Positions 47,756-61,032 are shown, counted from the stretch's first letter. The stretch: DNA of 64,000 nt from Craspedostauros australis (GCA_030167865.1 JALAGF010006677.1:1-64000), one strand, 5' to 3'. Numbers and translations are program-made. The notes: generated from the letters alone by a model not told the origin.

Positions 47756-49456
47756 ATGGCGCAACTGTTCGACCTTCCCGCTATCACCACCTTACCCTCT
47801 GGCGACACCATGATGGGATGGTTGTCGCAGCTTCCACGCATGGTCCTCATGGCATTTGGCGTCGTGCTTGGCGTGCTCGTCCTCTTCAAGACCGTTGCGA
47901 GCTTTTGGAGGGATCTCAGGAAGGCCCACCTCCCACCGTACGCTCCTGGCGTGGGGATCGTCGAGAGCATCGAGAGCCTCGCTGGTCCCGACGCTCACAC
48001 CTTCATGTACAACATCTTCAAATCGCTCACAGGTTCCAAGCCATGGGCCGTCCGAATGAAGCTGCCGGTGTTTGCGTCGTTCTTCTCCGAGGATTGGTTC
48101 ATGACCGTCGTCTTCTCTTCCGAACCGGACATCGTCCTGCCTGTCATGAATCATCCCGGCACGATGAAGTCGCTGGGATACAAGGAGTTCGACAGCGTCT
48201 GCCACGGTCAAAAGTCCATCATCTCCACGGAGGGCGACGAGTTCAAGAACCGCAAGAAGGGAATCGTCAAGTGCTTCTCGCAGGCGCATTTGGATTTCGT
48301 GGAGGGAATCTGTCAGAAGCACCTGCAACGCTGGGTCGACGATGTCATCGAGCCCTGCGCCGAGGCTGGCAAGTCCTTCAACTTGTCCAACGAGCTCATC
48401 TTCCTCACCTTGCGCATCGTGTGCGAGGCTGTCCTCGATGATACGGAGCAAATGCTCACCATGGAAGACCTGAAGGAATTCAAGCATCATCTGGAGATCG
48501 CCACGGATGAATTCATCTTCATGAACCTCTTCCACACGCTCATGCCGTGGCTCTTCCCATCCGTTTGGGAGGCCAAGCGTTCCACCAAGTTCCTCCAAGA
48601 CTTTGCGCTGCGCGTCATTCACTATCATCGTCGCAAGCACAAGGCGTACTACGACAGTTTGAAGGATGGAGGAAGCGCAAACGAAAACGCAACGGCGACA
48701 CAGACACAGGCATCCAGCACCCCTGCCGAGCCAAACGATACCATCATTCGACGCATCATTGAGAATAACACTTACAAGAACGATCTGCAGCGCGCTGCCG
48801 ATGTCACCATCCTGCTGATTGGATCCCACGACACCACGGCCTACAGCATGGGGCACATTCTGATGCACGTTGCGCGCAGCAAGCCCAAGGAGCTAGAGGC
48901 CTTCCGCTCCAAGATCCGGGCCATGGACGCCAGCGCGAGCCAGATGAAGAAGCGATCCATCGACGAGTTCCAATGGATGATCAATGAAGGAATGCGCCTG
49001 TCGCCCGTGGCGGCGGTCGGCATCGCCAAATGGGTGCGCAAGGACTGGATGTTCGTGCGCCAGAAGGATGGCACGATGGCGGTCGTCAACGACGAAGTCC
49101 ATGAGCCGATCAAGCCTGGTAGTGATCGTGTGTTCTTGCCCAAGGATTCCATCCTCGTCACGCCGTTCCTTCCCATGATGCGCCACCCCGGCTACTTCGA
49201 ACGCCCCGACGAGTACCTTCCATCGCGTTGGAGCGGCGAGAAGAAGCCGCGGCTGCCCGGACTCGAGTTCTCCAGCGGACCTCGATCCTGTCCCGGCAAG
49301 TACATCGCCAAGGCGGAATACGAGACGGTTCTGCTGCGGTTGCTGTCGGAGTACGACTTCACCATCGACGCTCCTGGCAAGCTGAAGTTCAGCATGACGC
49401 TCCAGCTCGATGGTACGCGGTTGATTCCAAGACGGCTGTCGAAGAAGAGCGATTGA
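47756..49456 (+). CDS. Cytochrome P450
   Basis: N-terminal TM anchor, I-helix IGSHDTT, K-helix EGMR, PSRW and heme motif FSSGPRSCPG. Confidence 0.93.
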   Translation: MAQLFDLPAITTLPSGDTMMGWLSQLPRMVLMAFGVVLGVLVLFKTVASFWRDLRKAHLPPYAPGVGIVESIESLAGPDAHTFMYNIFKSLTGSKPWAVRMKLPVFASFFSEDWFMTVVFSSEPDIVLPVMNHPGTMKSLGYKEFDSVCHGQKSIISTEGDEFKNRKKGIVKCFSQAHLDFVEGICQKHLQRWVDDVIEPCAEAGKSFNLSNELIFLTLRIVCEAVLDDTEQMLTMEDLKEFKHHLEIATDEFIFMNLFHTLMPWLFPSVWEAKRSTKFLQDFALRVIHYHRRKHKAYYDSLKDGGSANENATATQTQASSTPAEPNDTIIRRIIENNTYKNDLQRAADVTILLIGSHDTTAYSMGHILMHVARSKPKELEAFRSKIRAMDASASQMKKRSIDEFQWMINEGMRLSPVAAVGIAKWVRKDWMFVRQKDGTMAVVNDEVHEPIKPGSDRVFLPKDSILVTPFLPMMRHPGYFERPDEYLPSRWSGEKKPRLPGLEFSSGPRSCPGKYIAKAEYETVLLRLLSEYDFTIDAPGKLKFSMTLQLDGTRLIPRRLSKKSD

Positions 49457-49712
49457 TGTGGGGACGATCTTGGCGAGAGTAGAGTACTCTACGCTATACG
49501 ACTATGCTATGAATGCAGATACAGACAGGGACGCGGACACGCACGCATGGAGAGAACAGGGTGAATAGGAGGCACAGTTGTTCCAGTATGGAACAACAAC
49601 ACATGTGCTCCACATGCTCATGCTCACAGTCACACCCGTAGTAGTAAATGATTGGGGAATTTGATAGAGCAGAGAATGTTACTCTGTTACTCAATTACTC
49701 TCCGTATAACAC

Positions 49713-50798
49713 TCATCTCGTCGCTGTCGCCCCCGCTGCCGGTTTGGACGCAATCCAGATGCGCAACGAGTAGCACAACCGCACGCACAGCATATCCCTC
49801 AGCATGGATATGCTGATCAATGCCAATGCCAGTTTGGAGGTATGTAGCTTGGAGCCGTCAATTTCTTGCCACGGCACGCCGACTTCCAGCACCTGCGTGC
49901 CTTGACGAGAGCACAGGACGACGATCTCGGTATCAAAGGCCCACCGTCGCAGCTGCAGCTTGCCAAAGCAGGCAACTGCCGCATCGCGAGAAAATAGCTT
50001 GAATCCGCACTGCGTGTCCTGTATCTCGGACGATATCAGCAGGCTGACGAAGAAGTGGAAGGCGTGCATAAGCAGCGTGCGCACGAAGGACCGTTCGGCT
50101 CCGGCCGTGTCTTGCAGATGCGCGCGGCTTCCAAACACGGCCCATTGCGTGTGGACGGACGTTTCGTTTTTCTGGGACTGTGCCAAACTCTCGACCAGCC
50201 GTTCCAAACCCGGACCAAAGTCGGTGGCCCCGTCCGCATCGACCATGAGACGGAAATCTCCCCTCGCAACATTCATCCCGACCTTGACCGCCGCGCCCTT
50301 GCCGCCGTTCTGCCGCAGATTGACGAGCCTCCAAACGTGCGACGGCAGCTGCAGATGCTTCTGTTCCTTGCGCACAGTGGGATCGGTCTGATCCTTGGAT
50401 CCGTCGTTGACGATCACCCATTCCACAATACTCGATTCCACAATACTCGTTGTGTGCGCATCTTCCTGCTTGCTCGCATATCCAAGACGCTGGGAACAGC
50501 CACGCAGCTTCTCCAACGTCTGCTTGCCGTGCTCGGAACCGAGGTAATCGTTGGCCGCCTTGAACATGATGGGGATTCGTTCCTCTTCATTGTACGCAGG
50601 GATGACCAGCGATAGCAGCGCGTTCGACGGCGTCGGCTTGGTCTGCTGTGAAGAAGTGAGGTTGGCCTCATCAAATTCCAGATCATCATGCAGCGCTGCT
50701 TGGAATGCCGGATAGAAGATGTACGAGATGCCCAAGGTCACCAAGAGCGTGAGAAGGCAAGCCAATATCGTCTCCGGATTGTCCAGCGTGGCACTCAT
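49713..50798 (-). CDS. ALG5: Dolichyl-phosphate beta-glucosyltransferase (GT2)
   Basis: LSLVIPAYNEEERI, VNDGSKD, NGGKGAAV, MVDADGAT, GSRAHL, DTQCGFKLF and RWAFDTE. Confidence 0.9.
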   Translation of the reverse strand: MSATLDNPETILACLLTLLVTLGISYIFYPAFQAALHDDLEFDEANLTSSQQTKPTPSNALLSLVIPAYNEEERIPIMFKAANDYLGSEHGKQTLEKLRGCSQRLGYASKQEDAHTTSIVESSIVEWVIVNDGSKDQTDPTVRKEQKHLQLPSHVWRLVNLRQNGGKGAAVKVGMNVARGDFRLMVDADGATDFGPGLERLVESLAQSQKNETSVHTQWAVFGSRAHLQDTAGAERSFVRTLLMHAFHFFVSLLISSEIQDTQCGFKLFSRDAAVACFGKLQLRRWAFDTEIVVLCSRQGTQVLEVGVPWQEIDGSKLHTSKLALALISISMLRDMLCVRLCYSLRIWIASKPAAGATATR

Positions 50799-50820
50799 GA
50801 TGCTGCAAGTCAGGAAACGA

Positions 50821-50848
50821 AAGAGAGAGAGAGAGAGAGAGAGAGAGA
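50821..50848. repeat. (GA)n microsatellite upstream of ALG5
   Basis: About 13 GA units. Other simple repeats: (ATG)n 12144-12174, (ATGAGT)n 46657-46692, (CAA/CAG)n 47516-47555. Confidence 0.9.
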
Positions 50849-52256
50849 AGGGTGGACAGATGCGAGTGGATGGAAAGAGGCAGAGGCTTGAGTACGCACA
50901 CTGTGCCTATGGTGCATACATCCATACGTGCCGTATCAACAGCCGCACCGATCATTCTGCGATCATCGCCATCGTTATCATCATCGTCACCATCGTCGCT
51001 GGCATCGTGGTGATCGTCATCATGTTGGCAGGCAACATGGGCTCGCTCCTTGGTGGGTTTTCTCGTGACGAATGACCCAAAAGAGCCGAGAATCATTTTT
51101 TGTGTCTCTTGTTGAGTCCACCCAGTCAATCGACGCATCGGTGACCTCAACCCGACTCACTTGATCAGAACATTGACACCGGTTCCATCGAATTCGGTGG
51201 AGGCGCATGGATTGATCCTGCGGGCTTGTTGCGATATTGAGACATATTTTTGCGACATAGATGAGACATATCATCACGTACTACGACAAAAACTGGCACT
51301 CATGTTGTGGAGAAAACGAACACGAACGACAGAAACTCCCAGCCACGATGCGGGTTGCTTTTTCTCTTGCTAAATTCTGTTGCCGCGTAACACGCGGCGG
51401 TTGGGGACAGGAGGCGCTACAATGCGCATCGCACACACGAGCGAAAAGAAGAACCGCAACCGAGCGAGTGTCACCTCTTTCTCGAACTCAATCCCCTCTT
51501 GCTCTCTGTCGCTTTCTCTTCTGTTCTTTCGTCTCTGTGCACGTACGTGTGTGTGTGCGTGGTTTGCTGCGTCATGCTCCTCGTGGTCTTTCCGCCTGTG
51601 CGACTTTTTTTGCGCCTCTCCCCTCGCGGCACCTGTCTGCCCGGTAATACCGAATTAGTGTTCCTTCGCGTTGGTTGTTGCCGCAATCGTTCTTGACGAT
51701 GGTTGTCCTTTACCCTTCTTGGTTGGAAGTGCGTCCACGAATCAGACCGCAAAGCACCAACCATCCACCGAAGACAACATGACACAACCACGACACAACA
51801 CAACACACGAGAGTTCGAGGACAAGTGCGAACACTGGAAGCAGAAGAGCAAAGCAACAACATCAGTAACCGCATCAGGACCACCCCATTCCACCAACACG
51901 AGCGCATGTGCATGTTTGGGCAAGGAGCATCAACCAAGAGCGCCCACAACATCATCACCCCGCCTTCAAACAATTAGAATAGATCAAGTATTAAAAGAAG
52001 GACGATCATCAACTGCCTCCTCCCTTCATACAATACACGAAGAGCAGGCGCAAACTTCCCCTCACAACAACAACAACACAGCCATCATAGCACAGCCAGT
52101 ACCGCCACCACTGCCATCAACGCTGTGAAGAGCCAGATCACGACCAGGAACGGAAACGCAAACGAAAACGCAAAGATCGACATCATCGCAAACAAGAGCA
52201 CAAGCACGAATCAGGAACGACGCACAAGAGCACAAGAGCACAATACATGCAACAAG

Positions 52257-55200
52257 ATGGAGACGATGCAACAACCACTGCATGCGATGCCAGCAAGGTC
52301 GAATCTGGATGCACCGGTCAGGAGCGATGATCATTCAGAAGACTTCCAACACCATCAGCAACAGCAGCAGCAACACCTGCATCACACAGAGCCTCCAATG
52401 AGTCCGGTATCGGACGGCGGAACGTTCGACGAACACCAGCATCAGCATCATCACGATGTGATGAAACCAGCGTACGGCCACACAGAGGCGCACCAAACCG
52501 AAGCTGACAATGCCACGGCGAGGACGGAACCATCCAGCGCGGCCAGCGGCAGGAGCTTCGGCAGCAGCATCGCCAGCGCATCCAACATGAGGTTCAGTCT
52601 CAGCAATGACCACATCATCGACGGTCTCCCCGAATCACCAGGCATGCCAAGTGACGATGACGTGCCTCCGGAGCAGCGACCGGTGACGGCAGGCTCCCAC
52701 GAAGGACCGCGCTTCATGGATGCCACCACGCCGATGATGTTCGACGATATCAACCACGGGATTCTGGCCGCAGACCCAGCTCTCTCCAACAATCAGACGC
52801 CGGGACATGCCACCATACAATCGGTGGACCTGGCTGGAAAGATCAGCCTCAATGCCGAGCAGAACATCGCACCGCTCTGGAAGAATCATCTATGTGAGCT
52901 CCTGTACGAACACAGCACGGAGCGCAAGGCCATCGTGGCTGCGTACCAGCAGATGCTCGATGCCGCAAACGCCAGCGCTCCACTGGAAGTCTTCGGTCCG
53001 CAGCGCCACGTCGGCCCGGAGGACGCCCACCTGGACATCGAAGCGGATGTGGACTTGTCACAACAACACCAACAGCAACACCAACAGCAGCAGCAGGGCT
53101 TCCTCCTCATCTCGGGACCGTCAGGCTCTGGCAAGACGACCCTGGCCAAGACCTTGGCATCGACAGTCGTTGCGGATGGCGGCCACTTCCTCATCGGCAA
53201 GTTCGACCAGCTGGAACAGCCGCAACCGTACGTCGCCTTCGCCACAGCGTTCACCGCATACACGAGGAATGTCCTGCAGAGGGACTACGAGGATCAACAC
53301 CAGCGAGGTCTGCGTCCGCATGAGTCCACCAAGGCCAGAGTCAAGCACGCCATCTACGAGGCAGTCGGCCATGAGGTCGGCATTCTCACCAACGTCATCC
53401 CGGCGCTCATGGACATCATTGGCACGGACGTCCCACCGGTTCCCAGTGGACACGAGCATGCCCTGTGCCGTTTCATGCACTGCATGAGGGCCTTCCTTCG
53501 CGTCATCTGCTCACCGCAACAGCCGATCGTGCTGGTTCTCGACGACCTGCAATACGCGGACTGCTGCTCCCTCAAGCTCATGCGATCTCTCGTCCTGGAC
53601 CAAGAGGTCCGGGGCCTGATCATCGTCGGGACGTGTCTGTGCACAATCTCACCCAAGAGCCGCCTCTCCATCTTCTTGCGAACGTTTGAGGATGAAACGG
53701 ACACCTGCATCCGCAACATCAGTCTGGACATTGCGCAGGACATCACGTCGATGCTGGCCGACACATTCTCCCTGTCAGATGACGTGTGCCGCGAGCTATC
53801 CGAAGTCATCTGCGAACAGACCAAGGGCAACATGCTCTACATCGTCGAGTTCGTCCGTTACCTCGTCGAGGAAGGCCTTCTCAAGTTCACGCAGGGTCGC
53901 TGGTCATGGAACATAGACGAGATCCGTCTCGTGCTCGAGTCCAACCAGATCGGGGACTTCCTCGTCGACAAGCTCAGCCGGTTGCCGGTGGAAGTGCAGG
54001 ACACGGTCCGCGTGGCCAGTTGTCTGGGCGCCAACGTCGACAAGCTGCTGCTGGATCTCATCTTCGGCCAGGATCAGACCATGCAGCTCACTCTCGCCGC
54101 TGAACACGGCATCCTCGTGCTGCAGGAAGAGACCAAGGAGTACCGATTCGTCACGGATGCCATCCAGAAGGCAGCGCACTCCCTCGTTCCAGAGGAGGAG
54201 CGCGACTTCTTCCACTTGCAGCTCGGCCGATCCATGCTCAAGCTCCTGGACAAGCAGCTCGTCGAGGAAAAGCTCTTCTCAGTCCTCTCGCAGTTCCGCA
54301 TCGGAGCACGGCACATCGTCGAGGATACGGAGCGACAGGCCATCTCCATGATGTGCCTCCACGCAGGAAAGATGTCCGTGGGATCGTCCGCCTTCAAGGC
54401 GGCAGCTGATTACTTGGACTTTGGGCTTCTGCTGCTACCTGACGGCGATGACAAATGGAATAGCGAAAACAAGGACTTGACGCTGGCCATGTACAATGCG
54501 GCCGCTGAAGTGCAGGTGTGCCTGGCGGACACGGAGCGGCTGGACGAGCTGCTGGACACTGTTATCTCCTGCCGTCTACTTCATAGGTGCGACAAGCTCG
54601 GCGCCTACTGCACCCGAATTTACTCGCTCGGCCAGCGAGACAGGCAGGCGGAAGCCATCGACATGGGAGTTGAAGTCCTCAAGCACATGGGCGAGACATT
54701 CCCCATGAAGCACTGCAGCTTCCTGTTGATGCGGGAGGCCCGGGGCGTGTTCCGTTTGCTGAAAGGCAAATCAGACGAAGACATCCTGGGAATGCCACAC
54801 ATGACAGATCACAAGCTGCTTATAGCCATGAGGATACTGAACATCATCTCGCTGGACACGCTCTGTGCGCGCCCCAAGTTCACGCCCTTCGTCATCCTCA
54901 AGATGATGTCCATCACCCTGCGCCACGGACTCTCCGAGCATGCTTCATCTTCCTTTGGATTGTAAGTGGGAATCAGCGTGCGGGTTTGTGCTATTGCGCT
55001 ACAGCATGATATTATGATGATGATGATGATGCGCTGCAGTTCAGCAGTTGAATTGGACTCGACATCAATCGAATTGTGTTCTCACACTCCAACTCCCTTC
55101 TCTCTTCCTTCCATGTCCCCTTCCTTGCTGCCTTCCCGTTACTCCGTGGTATCGCCCAATGCAGATTCGGAATGCTGATGCTGAATGTCAACTGGGATAT

Positions 55201-56197
55201 CGACAACGCCTACCGATTTGGCACCATCAGCATGACGCTGCTTGACCAGTTCGGTCTCGATCAGTATCTGCCACGGGTATATGCATCGTTCTATGGCGTC
55301 ATCAACACGTGGAAGAGGCCGCTTCGTGAGGCCCTCCAGCCACTGTGCCAGGCACACAAGGTGGCGTTGCTCACCGGTGATCTCGAATTCGCGGCACTAA
55401 CGGCCAACATTGGTGGCAGCATCAAGATACAAGCTGGCAGCGACCTCAACGAAGTCGCCGGTCACTGCAGGTACATGCACGAATGGGCCAAAGCGCACAA
55501 TCAGATCACGGCTCTCAACTTTGCCTGCGTCAACCGCGTTTTCGTAGAAGTGCTGGTGGGGCAGCGGAAGTACCCTCTGGACATGGAACGTGCTGTCAAG
55601 GAGTTGGGAGGCGAAGACTTGAACACGGACGTCCCAGTTGTCCAATGCGGCATCAACTGCACCATGCTCACGCTTCACTACATGTTTGGAGACTTTAAGG
55701 CGGCTGAAAGCTGCTTTCAGAAATCCGCCAAAGAGGAGCTGCGCGAGTTCGGCGTGGCCCTCGGCTGGACATACGAAGCTCTGACCCGGCTGGCACTCGC
55801 CAGACAGGGCATCAAGAAACGAAAGCACATCCGCAAGGTCCTTAACATCGTCAAGAATCTGAAGCACGTTTCTGCCAAGTGCCCCGAGAACTTTGCTGAC
55901 AAACTGTTCCTGGTTCAAGGGGAATTGGCATCGGTGCTGGGGAAGCATGAGAAGGCCTACAGCAAGCTCACCTACGCCGCGTCTCTGGCAGGGTCCTCCA
56001 ATTTCCTAGATTTCGAGGCGTCGGCAAATGAACGGCTTGGATGGCACATTGCTCGCCAGCACAATCCGAATCTGACGCACGCCAAAACGTTCTTCGACAA
56101 GGCCATCAGCGGTTATGAAAAGTGGGGCGCATCCGCCAAGGCCGAGCACTTGCGCGACGAGGTGTCATCAGTGATCGGCATCACGCACCGAACGTAG
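52257..56197 (+). CDS. STAND/AAA_16-type ATPase with helical repeats (COG3899-like); exons 52257-54961, 55165-56197
   Basis: Walker A GPSGSGKT, GKFDQ, Walker B VLDDLQYAD, TKGN and a C-terminal YEKWGASAKA. An in-frame phase-2 GT-AG intron. Confidence 0.82.
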
Positions 56198-56921
56198 GCT
56201 CGACGGCAAGCACCACGATGGAAGAGAGGATGTCGCAAACCTGGCGTCCTATCATGACTAATAACGAAGGCTTCAGAATGATATGGTATTAGAGTACAGT
56301 TGATTAGAGTATTGTGGCTCATTCTATGACTTGGTAGGGATGCAGAGGCAGCCAGCACGTGGTGTTGGTGCAGTGCGAGAACGTGGCTTCCATGAATTCG
56401 TCAAGATGTCTCAGCATGTATCATACGTTCGAGTATTCTTTGGGTATTCCAGCCATGTTCTGCTTCGGTGAGGTTTCCAGTAGTCTGCATCTGTGATGCC
56501 ATCTCTTTGGGTGCAATACCATACATACTTCTACTTGTATTATAGAATATAATATAATACTTGTACTCGTGAGTGCTCTAAACTACGGGTGTGGTCGATG
56601 CATTGGTTGCAGTTGTTGTTGCACGATTCGGATTGGATGGAGTCCATCAAATTTGCGGCTTTAGCTGTTGTTTGCAATGCCAAAGGAAGAGAGCGTGGGA
56701 TGGGCATCGTTCTCTATTTCTACCTCGAATGTGTGCCCGGAGGGGAGAACGTCGCAGGCGCATTCCAGGAGGATGGACCATTTTCTCTTCTGATGTTGAG
56801 CAACCCCATTTCCCAAACCAGATTGTATCAATTGCGCAGGCACATATTGTACGAGGACATCGATCAATCTACTCCATCCGTCAACGCCCCCCATTCCCGC
56901 TGGCTGTTGATTCTGCAGCTG

Positions 56922-58145
56922 CTACTGATGCTGTTGTTGCTGTTGTTGTTCGTGCAATTGCTGTTCCCGTTCTTTTCTGTCATGCTCATCGGCCTCCTCC
57001 TTCGACACAACCCCGAGCTGTCTATGGTATACGAGCCAGCCTGGCGGATAATCCTCATCATTCAAAAATGCCGGTTCCAGCTCAGTATTCTCGTCATCGT
57101 CATCATTGAGGAAGGTGTTCAGCGTGTCGAGGCTATCGAACGAAGAGGCCCGCTGCCGCGGCTTGTACTCAATCTCTCCCAACCCCGGTAACGAAGTCTG
57201 TCGTTGCGGACGTCCTCTCTCTTGCTGCAGTGGCTGCTCTTGTTCAATTGGCGGCTGATCATTGATGCAAGCATCGGGGTTGCTGTTCTGATGCTGCAGG
57301 ATATTGCGTCGCAACCGCCGTCGTCTCGCATTTCGGCTCTTGCCGGGTGCAGCAATCGCTGCTGTGCCGTTGCTGGAGCGATTGAGTTGCGCGGCAGTAG
57401 CACCTTCGTCGTCCGCGCCGGCACCATCCCGTGCATGCTGCGCTTGACGTTGCCGCTGTCGCTGCTTTTGCTGCCGTTGCTTTTGCTGCATGGCCTTGCT
57501 GGCTGATCCACGGCCCCGCATTTTCCGCGGCCGCCTTCGAGACCCTCTGCGACCTTTGCGGCCGTCGTTCGCATCGTCGCCATCCTCGTCACCACCGACC
57601 AACGGTGGCAGGCCGTTGATGGAGGATGCCGACGACGAATCAAAGGAATGCAGACGCCGCCGTCTCGTGGTGGAGAATGTGCCATCGAAGTCGGGATCGT
57701 CGTCGTCATCATCGTACTGCGCATTGTGCAGTCCCATGAATCCACCGATGGTGCGAACGCCCTCCATCGTCGAGTGGTAATTCCCACGCAGCCAGGCGAG
57801 AGTCTCCATGAGCAGGATCGCCAAGGTATGCCACAGTCCCTCCGTCTGGTAACATTCGTACCATATCTGCAAGCTGGATCGATAATGCACGACCAAAACG
57901 ACGAGGATGGCAATGGCAAAGGTCGTCTTGGAATCCGGATTCATGATGCTATTGAGCAGGTTCCAAATGTACATCGAGGAATCCTGAGTATCATCGTAGT
58001 TGTAGTACTGCTGCTGGTGATAGAAGTCCTGCCTCTCACGGTAGATATTGTGGGAGGTGGCCGACGAGTACAGCTCGTCATCGTAGGCCCTGCTGCCACC
58101 GCCCGGAGTGCCGCTGGGACTCCGAGTGCTGTACAAGGAATCCAT
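56922..58145 (-). CDS. Hypothetical membrane protein
   Basis: 407-aa ORF with a hydrophobic segment FAIAILVVLVV, a low-complexity middle and a compact C-terminal motif LEPAFLNDEDYPPGWLVYHRQLGVV. Confidence 0.65.
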   Translation of the reverse strand: MDSLYSTRSPSGTPGGGSRAYDDELYSSATSHNIYRERQDFYHQQQYYNYDDTQDSSMYIWNLLNSIMNPDSKTTFAIAILVVLVVHYRSSLQIWYECYQTEGLWHTLAILLMETLAWLRGNYHSTMEGVRTIGGFMGLHNAQYDDDDDDPDFDGTFSTTRRRRLHSFDSSSASSINGLPPLVGGDEDGDDANDGRKGRRGSRRRPRKMRGRGSASKAMQQKQRQQKQRQRQRQAQHARDGAGADDEGATAAQLNRSSNGTAAIAAPGKSRNARRRRLRRNILQHQNSNPDACINDQPPIEQEQPLQQERGRPQRQTSLPGLGEIEYKPRQRASSFDSLDTLNTFLNDDDDENTELEPAFLNDEDYPPGWLVYHRQLGVVSKEEADEHDRKEREQQLHEQQQQQQHQ

Positions 58146-59080
58146 CGTGTGTGGTGCCTGTTGGTGCGAACTGGGGACGGATGGTCTCTAGTCAGACTGC
58201 TGGTTTGCCTCAAGTCGTGCGTCTCTCTGCTCGTATGCTGGCATCCGCGAGTGTTTTTGTTCTTGTTGTTGTTCTTGTTATTGGTGCAAATGAGTGTGAT
58301 GGTATGAATACTGGTGCTCCTGTCAGTGTGGTATTACACAAACGAGTGTGATGGGAGCTGTTCGAAGAGAGCAATGCTGTGTGTTCCACAAGAAGGAAGC
58401 TGAGAGAGATCCCCGACTCCACTGTCAAATGCTGCCTGTGGATGCCGATAGAAGCTGTCCGAAGAGCGTGGAGAGAAGGATTAGGTCTGTTCACAGACTC
58501 TATTATATTATCATATATGATGATGCTCTCTTTGCTTCTCTGCACTGTCGTGATGTGGCAAACAGGAATCAAGGCGATGAATGCTTCCTCATGCGCACAA
58601 GCAGTCGTATTTGCGGGTTGCAACAGAGGGACACGTGTGCGCTTCTTCCTCGAATCGACACGAGTCTTTTCTCTGGGAGGGGTGTTGTCGCCAAACACTG
58701 CGCGCACCTGTGTGCGTTTGTGTGCGTGAGAGACCATGACCAACTCCGGTCACAACAACGAGCAAAACATCATCCGAACCGTTTCGTTTCTACTCCCGCG
58801 GGACTGGTATTCTTCAGCACCAAAATCGTTCGAATCTGCCTGGCGCCCCTCCGAACCTCCGTTGCGCATCCTTCACTCATTCCTCACCAACTCGCCAAGC
58901 GCATGGAGAGCAGAGCAGCGCACTCGAGAGCATAGTTAGACCATGGACTCCTGCATAAATTCACAGATCTTACCACTCTACTTTTACATTCCATTACCCG
59001 AAATCGTATTCCGCAAGGTCTGTCCTGATCCCCGATCACTCTCAACGTGGTACTGCGAATGCTTCGCACTCTGTCTCGCT

Positions 59081-60115
59081 CTACCGCCTTCGGCGAGTGG
59101 TGAACATGCTGCGCATTTTGCGTCCCATCTTGCGATCGCTAGCTGACGATGCCTGTTTCGCAGCCCTCGGCTTGGCCCGCTGCGCTTTCTTTTCCACGTC
59201 TGCGTCCGCCTTCCGCGTCTGCTCCTGCTTCAGTTGGTCCAATTCGGCCATGGTTTCCTGCAGCTCCTCTTCCAGCGACGCGATCTCCTCCTCGTATTCC
59301 TCATTCTCCTTCGTCAGCTGCTTCATGGCCATCGACTGCACGCGGCACTGCAAACGCGATTGCTGCAGCTGTTTCCCGTACTTGGACGCCACGTCGCGTT
59401 CCCGTTCGTCGGCGGCCTCCACGGATGCAGTCGCGATCTGAATGCGTTCCTCCAGATCGGCCTGCAGCGTTTTCTGAACCTGCACTGCTTGATCCAGAGC
59501 CTTCTTGCGCTGCTCCAGGTCCTCGAACCGCTCCATCGAACGGTTGTTTTGCTCCATCAATTCGGCATTCGTCTGCTGCAGCTCTTCGTTGTCTTTCTCC
59601 AGCCGATCTATGTCGGCGTCCCGTCTTTGCATCAAATGCTGCGCTTTCTTCGTACTGCGGCGTTCCGTCTCCAGCATCTTCTCCAATTCATCCACCTTTT
59701 GACGACGTTGATTCTTATCTTCTTCCATCTGAGATTCCAGCTGCTCTATGCGTAGAGTTTGGCGTTCCATCTCCTCCCCATGCCGTGCCTGCTGTTCATC
59801 TTGCTGAACGAGAAGCGCGGTGGCATTCTGCTGCGACTGCTCCAGCTGCGCCTTGAGTTCCAAAACGACCTGCTCCAGTATGCTCAACTTTGCCTGCAGT
59901 ACTTTGTTTGAACCCTGCTGATCTGGAGACACCGTGCCATCCTCGATCTCTGTTGGTGACACCGCCTGCAGTGACCTCCGCGATGTTCGGATGCTGCTGC
60001 GGATCAGCACCGGGCTGCGAACGAAGGATGACACATGACCCAGAAGTAACTGCATCAGGAAGACGCGCGCCAGGATTATCCACAACCCGACGCTTGCTGT
60101 ATTTGAAGGCGCCAT
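59081..60115 (-). CDS. Coiled-coil protein with a probable bipartite plastid-targeting presequence
   Basis: Hydrophobic signal ending HVSS-FV (ASAF-like), an Arg/Ser-rich transit region and a long E/Q/K heptad coil. Confidence 0.7.
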   Translation of the reverse strand: MAPSNTASVGLWIILARVFLMQLLLGHVSSFVRSPVLIRSSIRTSRRSLQAVSPTEIEDGTVSPDQQGSNKVLQAKLSILEQVVLELKAQLEQSQQNATALLVQQDEQQARHGEEMERQTLRIEQLESQMEEDKNQRRQKVDELEKMLETERRSTKKAQHLMQRRDADIDRLEKDNEELQQTNAELMEQNNRSMERFEDLEQRKKALDQAVQVQKTLQADLEERIQIATASVEAADERERDVASKYGKQLQQSRLQCRVQSMAMKQLTKENEEYEEEIASLEEELQETMAELDQLKQEQTRKADADVEKKAQRAKPRAAKQASSASDRKMGRKMRSMFTTRRRR

Positions 60116-61032
60116 GGCGATGGATTGAGACTCGCGGCAAGTAGTGTGCTCTTTTGGTAATAGGTATTCTATGTCACTTCTCTGCACTCACTGCGATGAT
60201 GGGAGATCTACGTTGCGATCGCTGGGAGATCCTTTCCTGGCTTCTTTCTATTCTATGCCTGACGACGAGTGACTGACGACCGGCGTTCCTCCTTTCCCTC
60301 GTTCTAATGCAACTGTGCTTCGGTATAGAATGGTGGAGTGGTACGACTATAGTACGACTGCGACTAGTCGTACAACTACGACCTATTCTATGAGTATGTG
60401 TCTCCCTCTGTGTGCCCCCTGTCCGAGTGTTGTTCTTGTGCTGCTTCTACTTCGCAGGCATCAGTGATGTGTTCTGCTGACACAAACAAGATACCATCGT
60501 CGCGCTCGTTGCACACTTGTGTGTTGGTGTCAACTTCGGCCCATAACCCAATACATCGTGAATGAACGGTTGACACGAATCAATTCCGATCGTGTGAGAT
60601 GGAATCTCCATCCCACTCACGGACGGAATCTGAACGCACACACACAATACAAGATTGGGACTTATTCTGTCCTGGAACAGGAACGCAAAAAAAGTCAACC
60701 TCCGTGTTGTTGGTGGTCGCCATTTCTTTTGCGTGGTGTGTGTACCTGCGCTACCTGCGCGTGTACAACAGCGTTGTTGTGTGTTGTCTGCGTGTCTGCG
60801 TGTTGTCTGTGCGTTGTCTGTGTGCTGTTTGTGTGCGGGTATTCGTATTCTTGTCACAGAGCGTGGTAATCGTACGCGTGTGGTGGAGTTACCGTTCATG
60901 GGAGAGAAAAACACCAAACAACGAAACCCAGCCCGTTGTTTTTGCTCGCATGTGCTTGCACAACATCATTTTCGGATCAGGGAAGAAGAAACGAAACCAA
61001 AAAAGGCCAACAGCAGGAAGAGGCAAAGAACC

